DNA from: an uncultured Nitrospinota bacterium
GTDB taxonomy: Bacteria; Tectomicrobia; Entotheonellia; J063; CAVPRW01
Assembly (NCBI GenBank): GCA_963707985.1
Contig: CAVPRW010000032.1
Coordinates: 128,001-192,000, forward strand
Direction of reading: 5' to 3'
DNA: 64,000 bases
Shown: piece by piece, positions 30,691-40,283 of the stretch
Layout of the letters: each line of letters starts with the position of its first letter
Numbering within the stretch: position 1 is the stretch's first letter
The notes under the pieces: generated by a model
What the model saw: the letters and a program-made list of their open reading frames with translations, nothing else
The model's database searches: none
What the model was told of the DNA's origin: nothing
Translations under genes and position numbers: made by a program

Positions 30691-30784
30691 GGAGCGCGAG
30701 CGACGCCTGCAGGGGCGTTAGAGGGGACTCAACAGCCAGCGATAAGCGGATGGGCGGAGCCCAAGCGAGCCCTGCGAGCGGTCC

Positions 30785-30894
30785 GCTTATCGCCCACGCT
30801 CAGCGGCGGGGGTGGCACTACCACTGACGTGCGATGTGGCTGATGACTGACGCGCCGCCACTGTCCCCCCGTCCGCTGCAGCGCCTGGTTCGGT
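30785..30894 (-). repeat. attC site 15 (R' = GATAAGC)
   Basis: GCTTATC...GCTCAGCGGCGGGGG...CCCCCGTCCGCTGCAGC...GTTCGGT. Confidence 0.82.
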
Positions 30895-30921
30895 GCGAGG
30901 TCGGGCAGGAACCAGGAGCAC

Positions 30922-31319
30922 TTACTGTTTTCCTGACGCGGGCGCTGTGGGGTGAGAGGATGCCTCAGATAGACCAATAAGACTCTCTAAGGGAATGTGT
31001 AAATGCGCGTGCAAGCGCCGAATCATATTCAACGAGAGCTTGCGCTGACGATTCAGCACTTCTGCTACCCGCCCGCGCTTCCCAAGGTACGGCTCAAATC
31101 CTTCCGCGTTAACCCCATTTGTTCCATCCGAAACTTAATGGCCTCGACCGGATCTGGGAGATCAATGGGGTAGTGCGCTTGTTCGTATGCCTCGACCAAT
31201 GTAAGCAGGATATCGAGCTTATCGCCCTTCGGGGTGTTTGCGGCTGCCCCCCAGAGCTGCTCAATTTCCCCTAGAGCCCGCTCATAGTCGGCTTCGGTTT
31301 TGATAGGGCGAATGTCCAT
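30922..31319 (-). CDS. higA: HigA family antitoxin (frameshift near 31095)
   Basis: IRPIKTEADY..LVEAYE..PDPVEAIKFRMEQ; HTH RVAEVLNRQRKLSLNMIRRLH continues in another frame to TAA at 30922. Confidence 0.8.
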
Positions 31320-31621
31320 TACACCACCTCGGCATCAATCGTGTCGTACTGGGCATGGGTCCCGATGAATCTGATGAACAACGCTTGTCGCTGGTAATCC
31401 ACTGCGGCGATTAATCGATACTTGTTGCCACCAATATTAAAGACGACCCGATTGTTTTTCAGAATGCTTGCCTGCCGAAACTGGGCCTTAATGTCTTGTG
31501 GGGTGCGCCACTGCGCTTTCCAGGCTTCCGCATACCAGGCTTCCAGCGGCCCTTTGGCATCGGCATACTGGGACGCAGATTCCCAAAACCGCCGCAAGGT
31601 TCGTTTTGCTATCACTCGCAT
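31319..31621 (-). CDS. higB: HigB family toxin
   Basis: MRVIAKRTL..VVFNIGGNKYRLI..FIGTHAQYD. Confidence 0.92.
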   Translation of the reverse strand: MRVIAKRTLRRFWESASQYADAKGPLEAWYAEAWKAQWRTPQDIKAQFRQASILKNNRVVFNIGGNKYRLIAAVDYQRQALFIRFIGTHAQYDTIDAEVV

Positions 31622-31628
31622 ACGCGAG

Positions 31629-31657
31629 ATTATAGGGCGGTCCCATTCCGGGATCAA
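31629..31657 (-). promoter_or_regulatory. higBA sigma70 promoter/operator
   Basis: TTGATC-17-TATAAT, 7 nt before ATG; TCCC-N5-GGGA palindrome. Confidence 0.75.
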
Positions 31658-31692
31658 GATGGTTGAGAGCTGAGAAGTCGAGAGATTTTGGC

Positions 31693-31751
31693 ACCGAACG
31701 CCAGGCCTGAGCCGCGCGCTCCGGCGCGTCGGCTCCAGGCCCTGGTTAGAT
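31693..31751 (-). repeat. attC site 16
   Basis: ACCGAAC...CCTGAGCCG...CGGCTCCAGG...GTTAGAT. Confidence 0.88.
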
Positions 31752-31775
31752 GCGGATGCTGCTGGCTTCCAGGGA

Positions 31776-32183
31776 CTATGGCTCTTTTGTGAAACCTGCT
31801 TGGACAAAGTGTTGATCGAAGGCAAAGGCGGTACGGATGCCGAACTTCTGCATGACGAGGAAGGAGATGCAATCCGTGAGTGAGTAATTTTTATCATGAT
31901 AGCGCTGGAAATACGTCCAGCCTTCGTAGAATAATGCTGTATCGACAGGAATCAACTGTACGGAGGGACTCTGCAAGAGATGGTTCCCGACTTGCACAGC
32001 CTTCGCATGCGCCCCCCGACTGTTGAAAAACGTCACGACTTCATCGAACACATAGGAGGTTGTCCCCAGGCGCGGCAGCGCAGTCACGACACCTTGCCAG
32101 TGCCATATGGCCGCCTGATGGTGTTGGTCATTGGCGATTTCGAGTGCCAAGAGATATCCGGTGTCCACAAACACGGCATTCAT
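31776..32183 (-). CDS. vapC: PIN-domain VapC toxin
   Basis: VFVDT, E, SLTDCISF, AFAFDQHF. Confidence 0.9.
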   Translation of the reverse strand: MNAVFVDTGYLLALEIANDQHHQAAIWHWQGVVTALPRLGTTSYVFDEVVTFFNSRGAHAKAVQVGNHLLQSPSVQLIPVDTALFYEGWTYFQRYHDKNYSLTDCISFLVMQKFGIRTAFAFDQHFVQAGFTKEP

Positions 32184-32389
32184 CGGTCGTAGAGATACCG
32201 ATCATGGTGGAGGGAGGCATCCTCCACATCGAGGATGATCGGCTGCGTACCAAGGGCACGTATCGGGTCATCCGCTTGCACAGGCACGACAATGATCAGG
32301 TTTTGTTCTTTCTGGATCTCCACCTCCTCAATGCCTTCCAGCCACGCTTTAGGAATGTTCACCCCGTTTTCTGTCACTTTTGTGCGCAT
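32180..32389 (-). CDS. AbrB-like antitoxin
   Basis: GVNIPK, HDRYLY C-terminus; ATGA overlap with vapC. Confidence 0.75.
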   Translation of the reverse strand: MRTKVTENGVNIPKAWLEGIEEVEIQKEQNLIIVVPVQADDPIRALGTQPIILDVEDASLHHDRYLYDR

Positions 32390-32446
32390 CGGACGCTCCT
32401 GGACAAAGTGTGATGGTCAAGTAAAAACGGACACTGAGTTAAGCTA

Positions 32447-33734
32447 CCTGGTTGACTGACAAACGTGAGGCGTGCCCTGCCATACTCCTCGAATCGGGTT
32501 ATACTCTCTTTGGGACAACCTTTTCCAAGGAGGGTAGCCATGGAGCACACGCCTCGGCTCTATGATACGCTGGTGCACATCTGACGCCAACATCAAAAGT
32601 GGCTCGATCGGCGCCACCTCAAGACGCTAGCCTGGATGATGGTGGGTCTTATGCCCTCGGAGCTGATGAGCCTCACGTCTTGGGCTCCGTACGTCCAGAG
32701 TCGAGCCGTTTAGGCGCCAAGTACCGTGCGACGGTTGGCCCGATGGCTCAACAACCCGAGGATCGAGAGCGCTCCTCTCGACGGCCCACTCATCGCCCAC
32801 GCGTGAGCTGACTGGCGTGAGCAGGTGCGGTATCTGGCCTTAGATACGTCGCTGCTGTGGAATACCTAGTGTCTTGTGCGGCTGGCGGTCATCTATCGCG
32901 GGCGCGCCATCCCCCTCGTCTGGCAGGTGTTGGAACATCCGAGCAGCCGTGTCCGCTAGGACATCTATCACGCGTGGTTGGACGAGGCCACGAAGCTTCT
33001 TCCCCAGCAGGGCCACGTGATCTTTCTCGCCGATCGTGGGTTCGCTGATACGCCTCTGATGGCCCATCTGACCCGCTTGGGCTGGCATTGGCGTATCCGC
33101 ATGCAGAAGCACGGCTGGATCTATCGTCGGGGACATCGCCGCTGTCAGCGTGAGCGCCTCTCTCTGACACCGGGCCAAGCCTGGTGCTGGCACGATGTCT
33201 TGATGACCGAGCAGCCGTATGGTCCTGTGCCTCTGGCGATGGCACAGTGCCAGGGCAACAAAGAATAGTGGTTTGTGGTCAGTGATGCACCAACCACCGT
33301 GCAGACGTTTGATGAGTATGGCCGTCGATGCGATATCGAAGAGCACTTCCTAGACGATCAATCAACCGGATTTCCGCTGGAATCGTCGCTGATCCGCTCG
33401 GCTCAGGCGCTGGCGCGTCTGTGTTTGGTCCTGGCGATGACCACCCTTGACCTGGTCTCGCAGGGGACAGCAGTCGTGAAACAGGGCAAACGTCGCTGCG
33501 TGGACCCACATGGGTTTCGAGGCCAGAGCGATCTGAACATTGGCTGGAATTGGGTGAAACTGGCCCTCAGCAGGGGCTACGAGCTCATAACCCGCTTGCA
33601 TGTATCTGCTGAAGCCGATCCGGAACCAGCGATGGCCTCAAAACGCCAGGCCCAGAAACAACCACAGCTTTTTATCGCGCTTGAGTTTCACGATGCTGTC
33701 GCATGATAGTCCAGAGTTTTGTCAGTCAACCAGG
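32447..33734 (+). mobile_element. degenerate IS4-family element
   Basis: 17-bp TIR CCTGGTTGACTGACAAA/TTTGTCAGTCAACCAGG; LALDT, LADRGF, YGRRCDIEE remnants with several stops. Confidence 0.85.
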
Positions 33735-33822
33735 CCCGACGACTCGAACTCGTAACATGCGCAGCGGTCGCTTCGAATAGCGCTCAGATGCGCTGAGGAG
33801 AGCACCGCGAGAGGAAACGGCC

Positions 33823-34729
33823 ATGAAACTTCTCTATCCTCGATGTTGTGTGTTGGACGTGCAGCAACAGCACGATCGTGGCCTGTCTGCGCCTGCAGGA
33901 CGTCGACAGCCCGGCACACAAAGAGGTCCGGACATTCGGAAGCGAAATCTCGGACGTGGTCATGCTGTCGAATTGGCTGGCTGGCCATGGGGTCACCCAT
34001 GTGGCCATCAAGCCCAGTGCTGGGTCTTGGAAACCGCTTTACCAGGCGCTGCAGCAGGCTTTCACGGTGCTGCTGATCGATCCTGCACACGCAACAGACG
34101 TGAAGGATATCCAGTGGATCGCCGATTTGCTGGCCTACGGGCTGGTGCAGAGCCAGGTGGTCACGCCCTCGGCTGTTCAAGAAGTCCCACCTACGTCTCG
34201 ACGTACACGTCTCGCCTTGGTCGCTGTGTTGTTCACCGTGCTCCTGGCCATCTATGGGGTGTGGAAGACTGGCAGCCGTGTGGATCCCCAACCCCAGCCA
34301 ACGCCAGCGCCGCTCCCCAGCGTCCGGTGGCAGCAACTCCAGGTGAACTACCAACACTCGGCGGGAGAGCCCTTCACGTTGCCGCTGCCTACCCTGGAAC
34401 GCACACCTGAGAAAGTGCCTGTCAAAATTATGCTTGAGCCCTCGATGGCAACGGCTAGCTGGCTGCAGCTCGACCGCGAACGATTGCAGATGCAAGGGAG
34501 CGCTCCACTCACGGCTGCGGGCCAGACCTATCAGCTCATCGTGCGTGCCCAAGCTGAGCACGGCAGCGAGAGTCGATTGCAGGTCGCTCTCACCATTACG
34601 GACCCAACACAACCTCCGCCTTCAGCTACTGACTCTCCCCCGCCACCTCCACCCCCTTCACCGCAGCCACAGAGTCCCGATCGTCCATCGGATGCAACCG
34701 GCACGATGAAGATATGGCACTTCTGGTGA
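33823..34729 (+). CDS. degenerate IS110 RuvC-like domain-TM-Ig-like (He_PIG)-Pro-rich fusion
   Basis: LYPRCCVLDV / IVACL..RTFG..GVTHVA..WKP..TDVKDIQWIADLL; TM helix; WLQLD..LQMQG.AP; frameshift near 5' end. Confidence 0.6.
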
Positions 34730-35267
34730 GGCGAGAGGCGAACTAACGCTGGCTCACCCACACCCATCCATGCGTTCATCTATTGTCATCTTTCTTTGTT
34801 GGGACACCAGGTCGGTTCTATACTGCACATGTACGGCTTCCTCCTCTCCGGACGGCACATCCTGATCTCTCATAATCCTGTAATACTCCCACACTCTGCC
34901 CCATCTCCCGAAGGCGCAACGACGAGCCGAAGATACTGCAAGACGTTTCATCCCCACTTAGTTTCTCCTTTCTCAATTTCCGCAGATCCTATGACCCCTT
35001 CTTGACCCTTTGCACGCCAGCTACGTCTACCCCACAAAAATTGCCTGCCACAGACATGAAGGCGGGGACCTTCTGTGAGCGCTTTTGTCAGGCACATGAG
35101 CCGCACAGGACCGATCCCTGAGTACCTAGAGCCGGCCCTTGCCTGTGCGCCATCGCAAGCACCGAGAATCGTGACGGATGCCGCAAGGAAAACGTCCCAA
35201 GCTATGGGCTCCCTGACGGATGGCCAGGGTTCCCCTCCATTCCAAAAGCATTATGAGAAAAATCTTC

Positions 35268-35296
35268 TTGACATAAAAATTTACCTAATATACCAT
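35268..35296 (+). promoter_or_regulatory. sigma70 promoter in AT-rich patch
   Basis: TTGACA-17-TACCAT. Confidence 0.5.
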
Positions 35297-35550
35297 CGTA
35301 TCCTAAAGTATGATATTCATTATCAAAATATCATACTTTATCATGTTTCTAGTCCTCTATCAGGTAAGGTGGCCGTTTTTTGATGACCTCGAGGTTTCAT
35401 GCTCGACTGTGGTAACGTCAATCGTGCGGGGTTCCCCACACCCGTCACAGGCGACATCCCGAAATTGGTGGAACACGAACTGCGTTTGGAAACGTATAGT
35501 GACGGTGCAGTGATTGGTGTCTGACTGAGGGAGTTATCTCGTTAGATGGC

Positions 35551-37263
35551 ATGATGTCGAGGGCAGGAAGGTTGATGATGCCCTCATCGAACCGCAAGTT
35601 ACCCCCGGAACCTTTCGACGCCCGCTTCGCAGCGGCCATTCGCTGTGTTCTTGCTGCAGCTGTTCTGCTGGTCTTGACCATTGACCCGGAGTCGCGCCTG
35701 AGCTTTCCGGGGATGGCCCATCTCGTGTTAGTCCTTTACTTTACCTACAGCATTCTTCTCTACACCGCCGCACACTGGTGGCATTCGACTCTGTCGGTCG
35801 CCATGGAACCCTGGCTGGATGTCGGTTGGGCTGTCACCCTGACAGTGTTGAGCAGCGATCCACGTGACATCCTCGCTGGATTCCTCTTCTTTGCCATTCT
35901 CGTCACCGCCTTCCAATGGGGATCGGCGCCTGGATTTCGCCTGGCTCGGGTCGTGGCCATCATGATCCTCAGCCTCGGGATGGCTCTGGGGTATAGTGAT
36001 GGGGATGCCGGCACCCGCTATGCCTACATGGGCGCCGCCGCGATGTGTATGTGGGGGTACTTGGCGGTCTCCTTCAGAACGCAGGAGATCAGGCACAAGC
36101 GGCGCCTGGCCTTGCTCAAAGATCTCAGCCGACTGTCAAATCCGCGCTTTGGCGTCGATCATACCCTAGGGATGGTGGCTGAGCGACTGCGTGCCTTCTT
36201 CGACGCTGATGCCTGCCTGCTCATCACACCCGCTCCATGTCGCCTAGAGTACCAGTTACGACGTGCCGAGCGCCAGAGCCCCGGCCACGCGGTGCGGGCT
36301 GAGGTCCTGCCCATGGCCTTAACGCATCTCTTGTTGGCCTGGTCAGAGCAAGACGCTGTCATCTTCAGCGGGCGACATTGGTTCTGGCAACGGTGTTTCC
36401 CAACGGCCGGCGCCGGGGTCATCGACCTAGGGCGGGGGACGTGGAGCACGGCGGATGAGGGGCGCAGTGAAGCGATAGCCACAATGCTCGATGCCATGGC
36501 ATTTATCACGGTGCCGCTGTTCTCTTCAGATCTGTTCAGCGGCCGCCTATACATTACGGCAGGAAGACGGGGTGTGTTCGATCCGGAGGATGTAGAATTT
36601 TTGCTGCTAGTTTTCGAGCAGACAATTCCGCTGCTGCAGAACATTAATCTCGTGGATCAGTTAGCCTCAGATGCCGCTGACGCCGAGCGGCAACGGATTG
36701 CGCTCGATTTCCATGATCGGGTGATCCAGCCCTATATCGGGCTCCAAATGGGATTGGAGGCCATTCGCCAAAAACTCAGCCTGGGCGATACCGATATCAC
36801 GCACGATATCGATTGCTTGCTAGACCTGACCAAGGATGAGCTTGCCGCAGCTTCGCCATCTGGTGCAGGGCTTGAAAAACGGCGGCGAACGTGTGAGCGA
36901 CCTGGTGTCGGCCATCCAACGATTTGGCCGCAAATTCATGGCGGCCACCGGCATTCAGGTGCAGGTCGACGTCCACGGTGAACCGCACGTCAATGATCGC
37001 CTGGCCACCGAGGTCTTCCATATCGTCGCCGAAGGGCTCAGTAATGTCCGACGGCATACGTTCGCCACCACAGCCAGCATTACATTAATACAAGCAAAAT
37101 AGTCATCTCAGCGTACAGATCTGCAATGATGGCCTGGAGGGCACGACTTTCGAGCCCTTTTCGCCCCGTTCCATCACCGAACGCACTATGGCCCTTGGCG
37201 GGCAGGTACGTGTTGAGCGCCAAGGCCAAACGCACGTAGCGGTCATTGCGGAAATTCCCTTGG
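35551..37263 (+). pseudogene. membrane sensor histidine kinase (HisKA_3), frameshifted
   Basis: ERQRIALDFHD; EGLSNVRRH and SITER motifs in other frames (shifts near 36850 and 37095). Confidence 0.75.
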
Positions 37264-37275
37264 AGGAGCAATCGC

Positions 37276-38031
37276 ATGCACTCGGGCGATGGCAAGGCGC
37301 CAGCGTTCCCCGTGAACCACCCTACGCTGAGGGATCGGCGCGCGAGCCCGTTTCCGAATGAGAGCCAAACGATCCGCGTGCTGATCATCGATGATCACGC
37401 GGTGATTCGCGCGGCTTTACGGATGTTCCTCGACAGTCAACCCGGTGTCGTCGTGGTGGGCGAGGGTTCCGGCCCTGGGGATGCTCTCGCGATTGCTACC
37501 CTTGAGCATCCGGACATCATCCTGCTTGACCTCGATCTCGGAGAGTCCAATGGCCTTGATTTGATGCCCCAATTGCAGATCGCCGCGCCAAAAGCACATG
37601 TCATCGTGCTCACCGGCGTTCGCGACCTGGACATGCATCGCCGCGCCGTTCGCCTGGGCGCCATGGGGCTGGTGCGTAAGGAAAGAGCCGCCGAGGCTCT
37701 CCTCGACGCTATCGTCAAAGTCCATGCCGGCGAGGTCTGGGCCGATGGCCTTCTGCTGGCCAGTGTGTTGTCTGAGATGACCCGTCCATGGTCTCACCAC
37801 TCCCCCAACCCAGAAGAGATCAAAATCAGGGCACTGACGCCTCGGGAGCGTGAGCTCATCGCCATGATCGGCCAGGGTCTCAGGAACCAGACGATTGCTG
37901 ATCGTCTCTGTATCAGCGAAGCCACCGTGCGCCATCACCTGACATCGATCTACTCGAAGCTCAGCGTTGGGGATCGGCTTGAGTTAGCGATCTATGCATA
38001 TCGGCATGGGTTGGCCTCCTTTCTCGCCTAA
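37276..38031 (+). CDS. NarL/LuxR family response regulator
   Basis: IIDDH, PDIILLD, LTPRERE, IADRLCISEATVRHH; start uncertain. Confidence 0.9.
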   Translation: MHSGDGKAPAFPVNHPTLRDRRASPFPNESQTIRVLIIDDHAVIRAALRMFLDSQPGVVVVGEGSGPGDALAIATLEHPDIILLDLDLGESNGLDLMPQLQIAAPKAHVIVLTGVRDLDMHRRAVRLGAMGLVRKERAAEALLDAIVKVHAGEVWADGLLLASVLSEMTRPWSHHSPNPEEIKIRALTPRERELIAMIGQGLRNQTIADRLCISEATVRHHLTSIYSKLSVGDRLELAIYAYRHGLASFLA

Positions 38032-38060
38032 GCCCTTGAGGTCCTTATCTCGGCTTTTCT

Positions 38061-38195
38061 CTCACCATCTTCCCATAGGCAGACGATGAGAGGACTTCGC
38101 ACAGCCGGCTCGCGACCAGGAGTTGGCGACGCTCCGGCGCAAGTGTGTCGTGGGGGCGGTCCTCAGCGCCCTGGTGCTGGTGGGCAGCATGCCGG
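38061..38195 (+). pseudogene. deleted duplicate of copA upstream palindrome plus internal copA fragment
   Basis: 38061-38088 resembles 40198-40225; 38089-38195 resembles 40716-40821. Confidence 0.75.
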
Positions 38196-38379
38196 ATTGG
38201 GTGCTCTGCATGTCTGTCAGCCTCGCAGACCATGTGCGAATCTGAGGACAGGAGTCACTACTCCCCCGAGGTGAACGCGATAGCACCGCCAGGGGGCCAG
38301 GTTGCATCCGCCGCGCTCGGAGATGGCTTCCAAGCACATGCGTCATGAAGCTGGCCGCCCGTGGTCCCTGTGCTGGCAG

Positions 38380-38770
38380 TGGCCCATAGACCACCCTATG
38401 CGGCAGATACGTGGCTCGGCTTTTCAGCTTCTGGAAGAAGCCCTGCTCTTTTGTCAGCGTCATCTGCCTCTTCCTGGGCGAATCGAACCCGGTCGGCTTG
38501 AACGTATGGATCGACCTCTGATTCCCCCTGAAGCCCTGCGTGGAATCTTGGTCAATGCCTTGATCCACCGTGATTGCACTATTGCAGGCGGCGCGGTGGC
38601 ACTGGCGATCTTCGATGACCGTGTTGAGATTCTGGAGCGCTGGACGGCTCCCCACAGAGATCACCCCCGATGATCTGTCGTACGAACACGATTCGATTCA
38701 ACGCGATCCGGTCATTGCTGAGGTGTTCTACCGTGCAGGACTCATCAAAAAGTGGGGAGGTGGCACCGAA
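38380..38770 (+). pseudogene. fragment of RecG-like/HATPase_c_4 ATP-binding regulator
   Basis: ALRGILVNALIHRD..IFDDRVEI / GRLP..VIAEVFYRAGLIKKWGGG. Confidence 0.65.
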
Positions 38771-38947
38771 GCCTCCTGGATCGGCGTCACTTCGGAAATA
38801 CAGAGGCGACGATGGGATGATTTCACAGCGTACTCAGGGTATACTGTCGGCGCAGTCATCGGCACACCTGGATGTCCAACGCCTCTGTCCTGTGTGACTC
38901 GGGCGTGGATACATTCGTTGTGGTTGGCTAGACGGACGAGCTTTCCC

Positions 38948-39849
38948 ATGCCTTTTGAGCTTCGAGACTTCCAAGATCTGTTACGGCTGCTGCGGGAACA
39001 CCCCGACTGGCGAGAGGAATTGCGAGCGCTCCTCCTGACCCAGGAACTCCTGACCCTGCCCCTCCTAGTACGGGAGCTGGCCGAGGCGGTGGCTCGCCTG
39101 ACTGAGCAACAGGTGCAGCTCACGGCACGGGTGGATCAGCTCACGGCACGGATGGATCAGCTCACGGCACGGGTGGATCAGCTCACGGCGCGGGTGGAGC
39201 AGCTCACGGACGGGCACGGATGGATCAGCTCACGGCACGGATGGATCAGCTCACGGCACGGATGGATCAGCTCACCGAGACAGTGGCCCAGCTGGTTGAA
39301 GGGCAACAGCGGTTGACCGAGCAACAGGCGCAGCTCACCGAGGTCGTAGCCCGTCTGGCCGAGGGGCAAGAGCGGCTCGTGATACAGATGGGCGAGGTGC
39401 GCGGCTGGGCCCTGGAGCAGCGCTACCACACCCAGGCTCCAGCTTATTTCGGGCGCTTCCTGCGTCGGGTGCAGCCAGTAGACGTCGGAAGGTTCGCTGA
39501 TGCCCTGAAAGACCGGTTGGCGGAAGGGGAATTGGCAGAAGTGTTGCTCGCCGACCTCATCCTGACCGGACGTCTGTCCACCCCAAGTGGGCTTCAGACG
39601 ATCTGGGTGGTGCTGGAGGTATCGGCCACGGTGGATCGTGACGATGTGGAGCGGGCCCAGCGGCGAGCGGCTGTGCTACGCCAAGCGCGCTACCCGGCGG
39701 TGGCGGTAGCCGCGGGCATGGAGGCGACGGCAGGCGCACGCCAGGCGGCACGCGACGCGGGGGTCGCGCTGCTCTTCGACGGCCGCATCGACGGGTGGCA
39801 AGAAGCCCTGGATCGCAGGCTGGCCGAGGGGGAAGCAGGGTCGGCGTGA
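38948..39849 (+). CDS. coiled-coil repeat protein with C-terminal restriction-endonuclease-like domain (frameshift in repeat)
   Basis: LLREHPDWREELR, heptads QLTARxD, ADLI..VVLEVS..DVERA. Confidence 0.7.
39116..39275 (+). repeat. 21-bp coding tandem repeat (about 7 units)
   Basis: CAGCTCACGGCACGGRTGGAT; the fifth unit is 26 nt. Confidence 0.95.
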
Positions 39850-40199
39850 CCAGCCCCCGGCTTGCTTCGTCAACAGCCGTCTGGGCTCAGGTCCCTGGAG
39901 GCTGCAGCTGGGTGGCACCTTGAGCACGCGTGGGCACCGTCGCTACCGTCGCCAGCTCTGGGATTTTCCCATACAGCTCACGCACAGTCAACGTAGCCAA
40001 TCACGGGCTTCGCTCAATCGCCGCTGCCTACAGATGAGACCTTCCCACTCCAGATAGTCCTGTTCTACCTCCACACCTCTCTGGCCACTTTGCCCCCGCA
40101 CCAGCGCGCGCAGCAGCGCCAGTGCGGGAGTGGACTGCCTGCTCAATCGGCTGCCCACGAATGTTGGTCACGCTCAGGTCATTTCCGCGGCTCCTCGCT

Positions 40200-40225
40200 C
40201 ACCATCTTCCCGTAGGCAGATGGTG
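40200..40225. promoter_or_regulatory. palindromic candidate operator upstream of copA
   Basis: CACCATCT-N10-AGATGGTG. Confidence 0.4.
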
Positions 40226-40283
40226 GCATGATGTGTTATGGTTATGCCAAGGTTGGATAGAGGGTGCGAGGAGGAGATCCCGC

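Larger units (their letters stand above)
16489..32400 (-). mobile_element. integron gene-cassette array without integrase in window (CALIN), 16 attC sites
   Basis: Co-oriented minus-strand ORFs separated by imperfect palindromes bounded by RYYYAAC/GTTRRRY-type cores; the start core of each cassette complements its own R''. Confidence 0.93.

Noticed and set aside
39116..39275. CRISPR array
   Set aside because: Repeats are contiguous with no spacers and encode heptads; no cas genes are present
32400..40200. Integron integrase or attI upstream of the array
   Set aside because: No tyrosine recombinase motifs in any listed ORF or visible remnant
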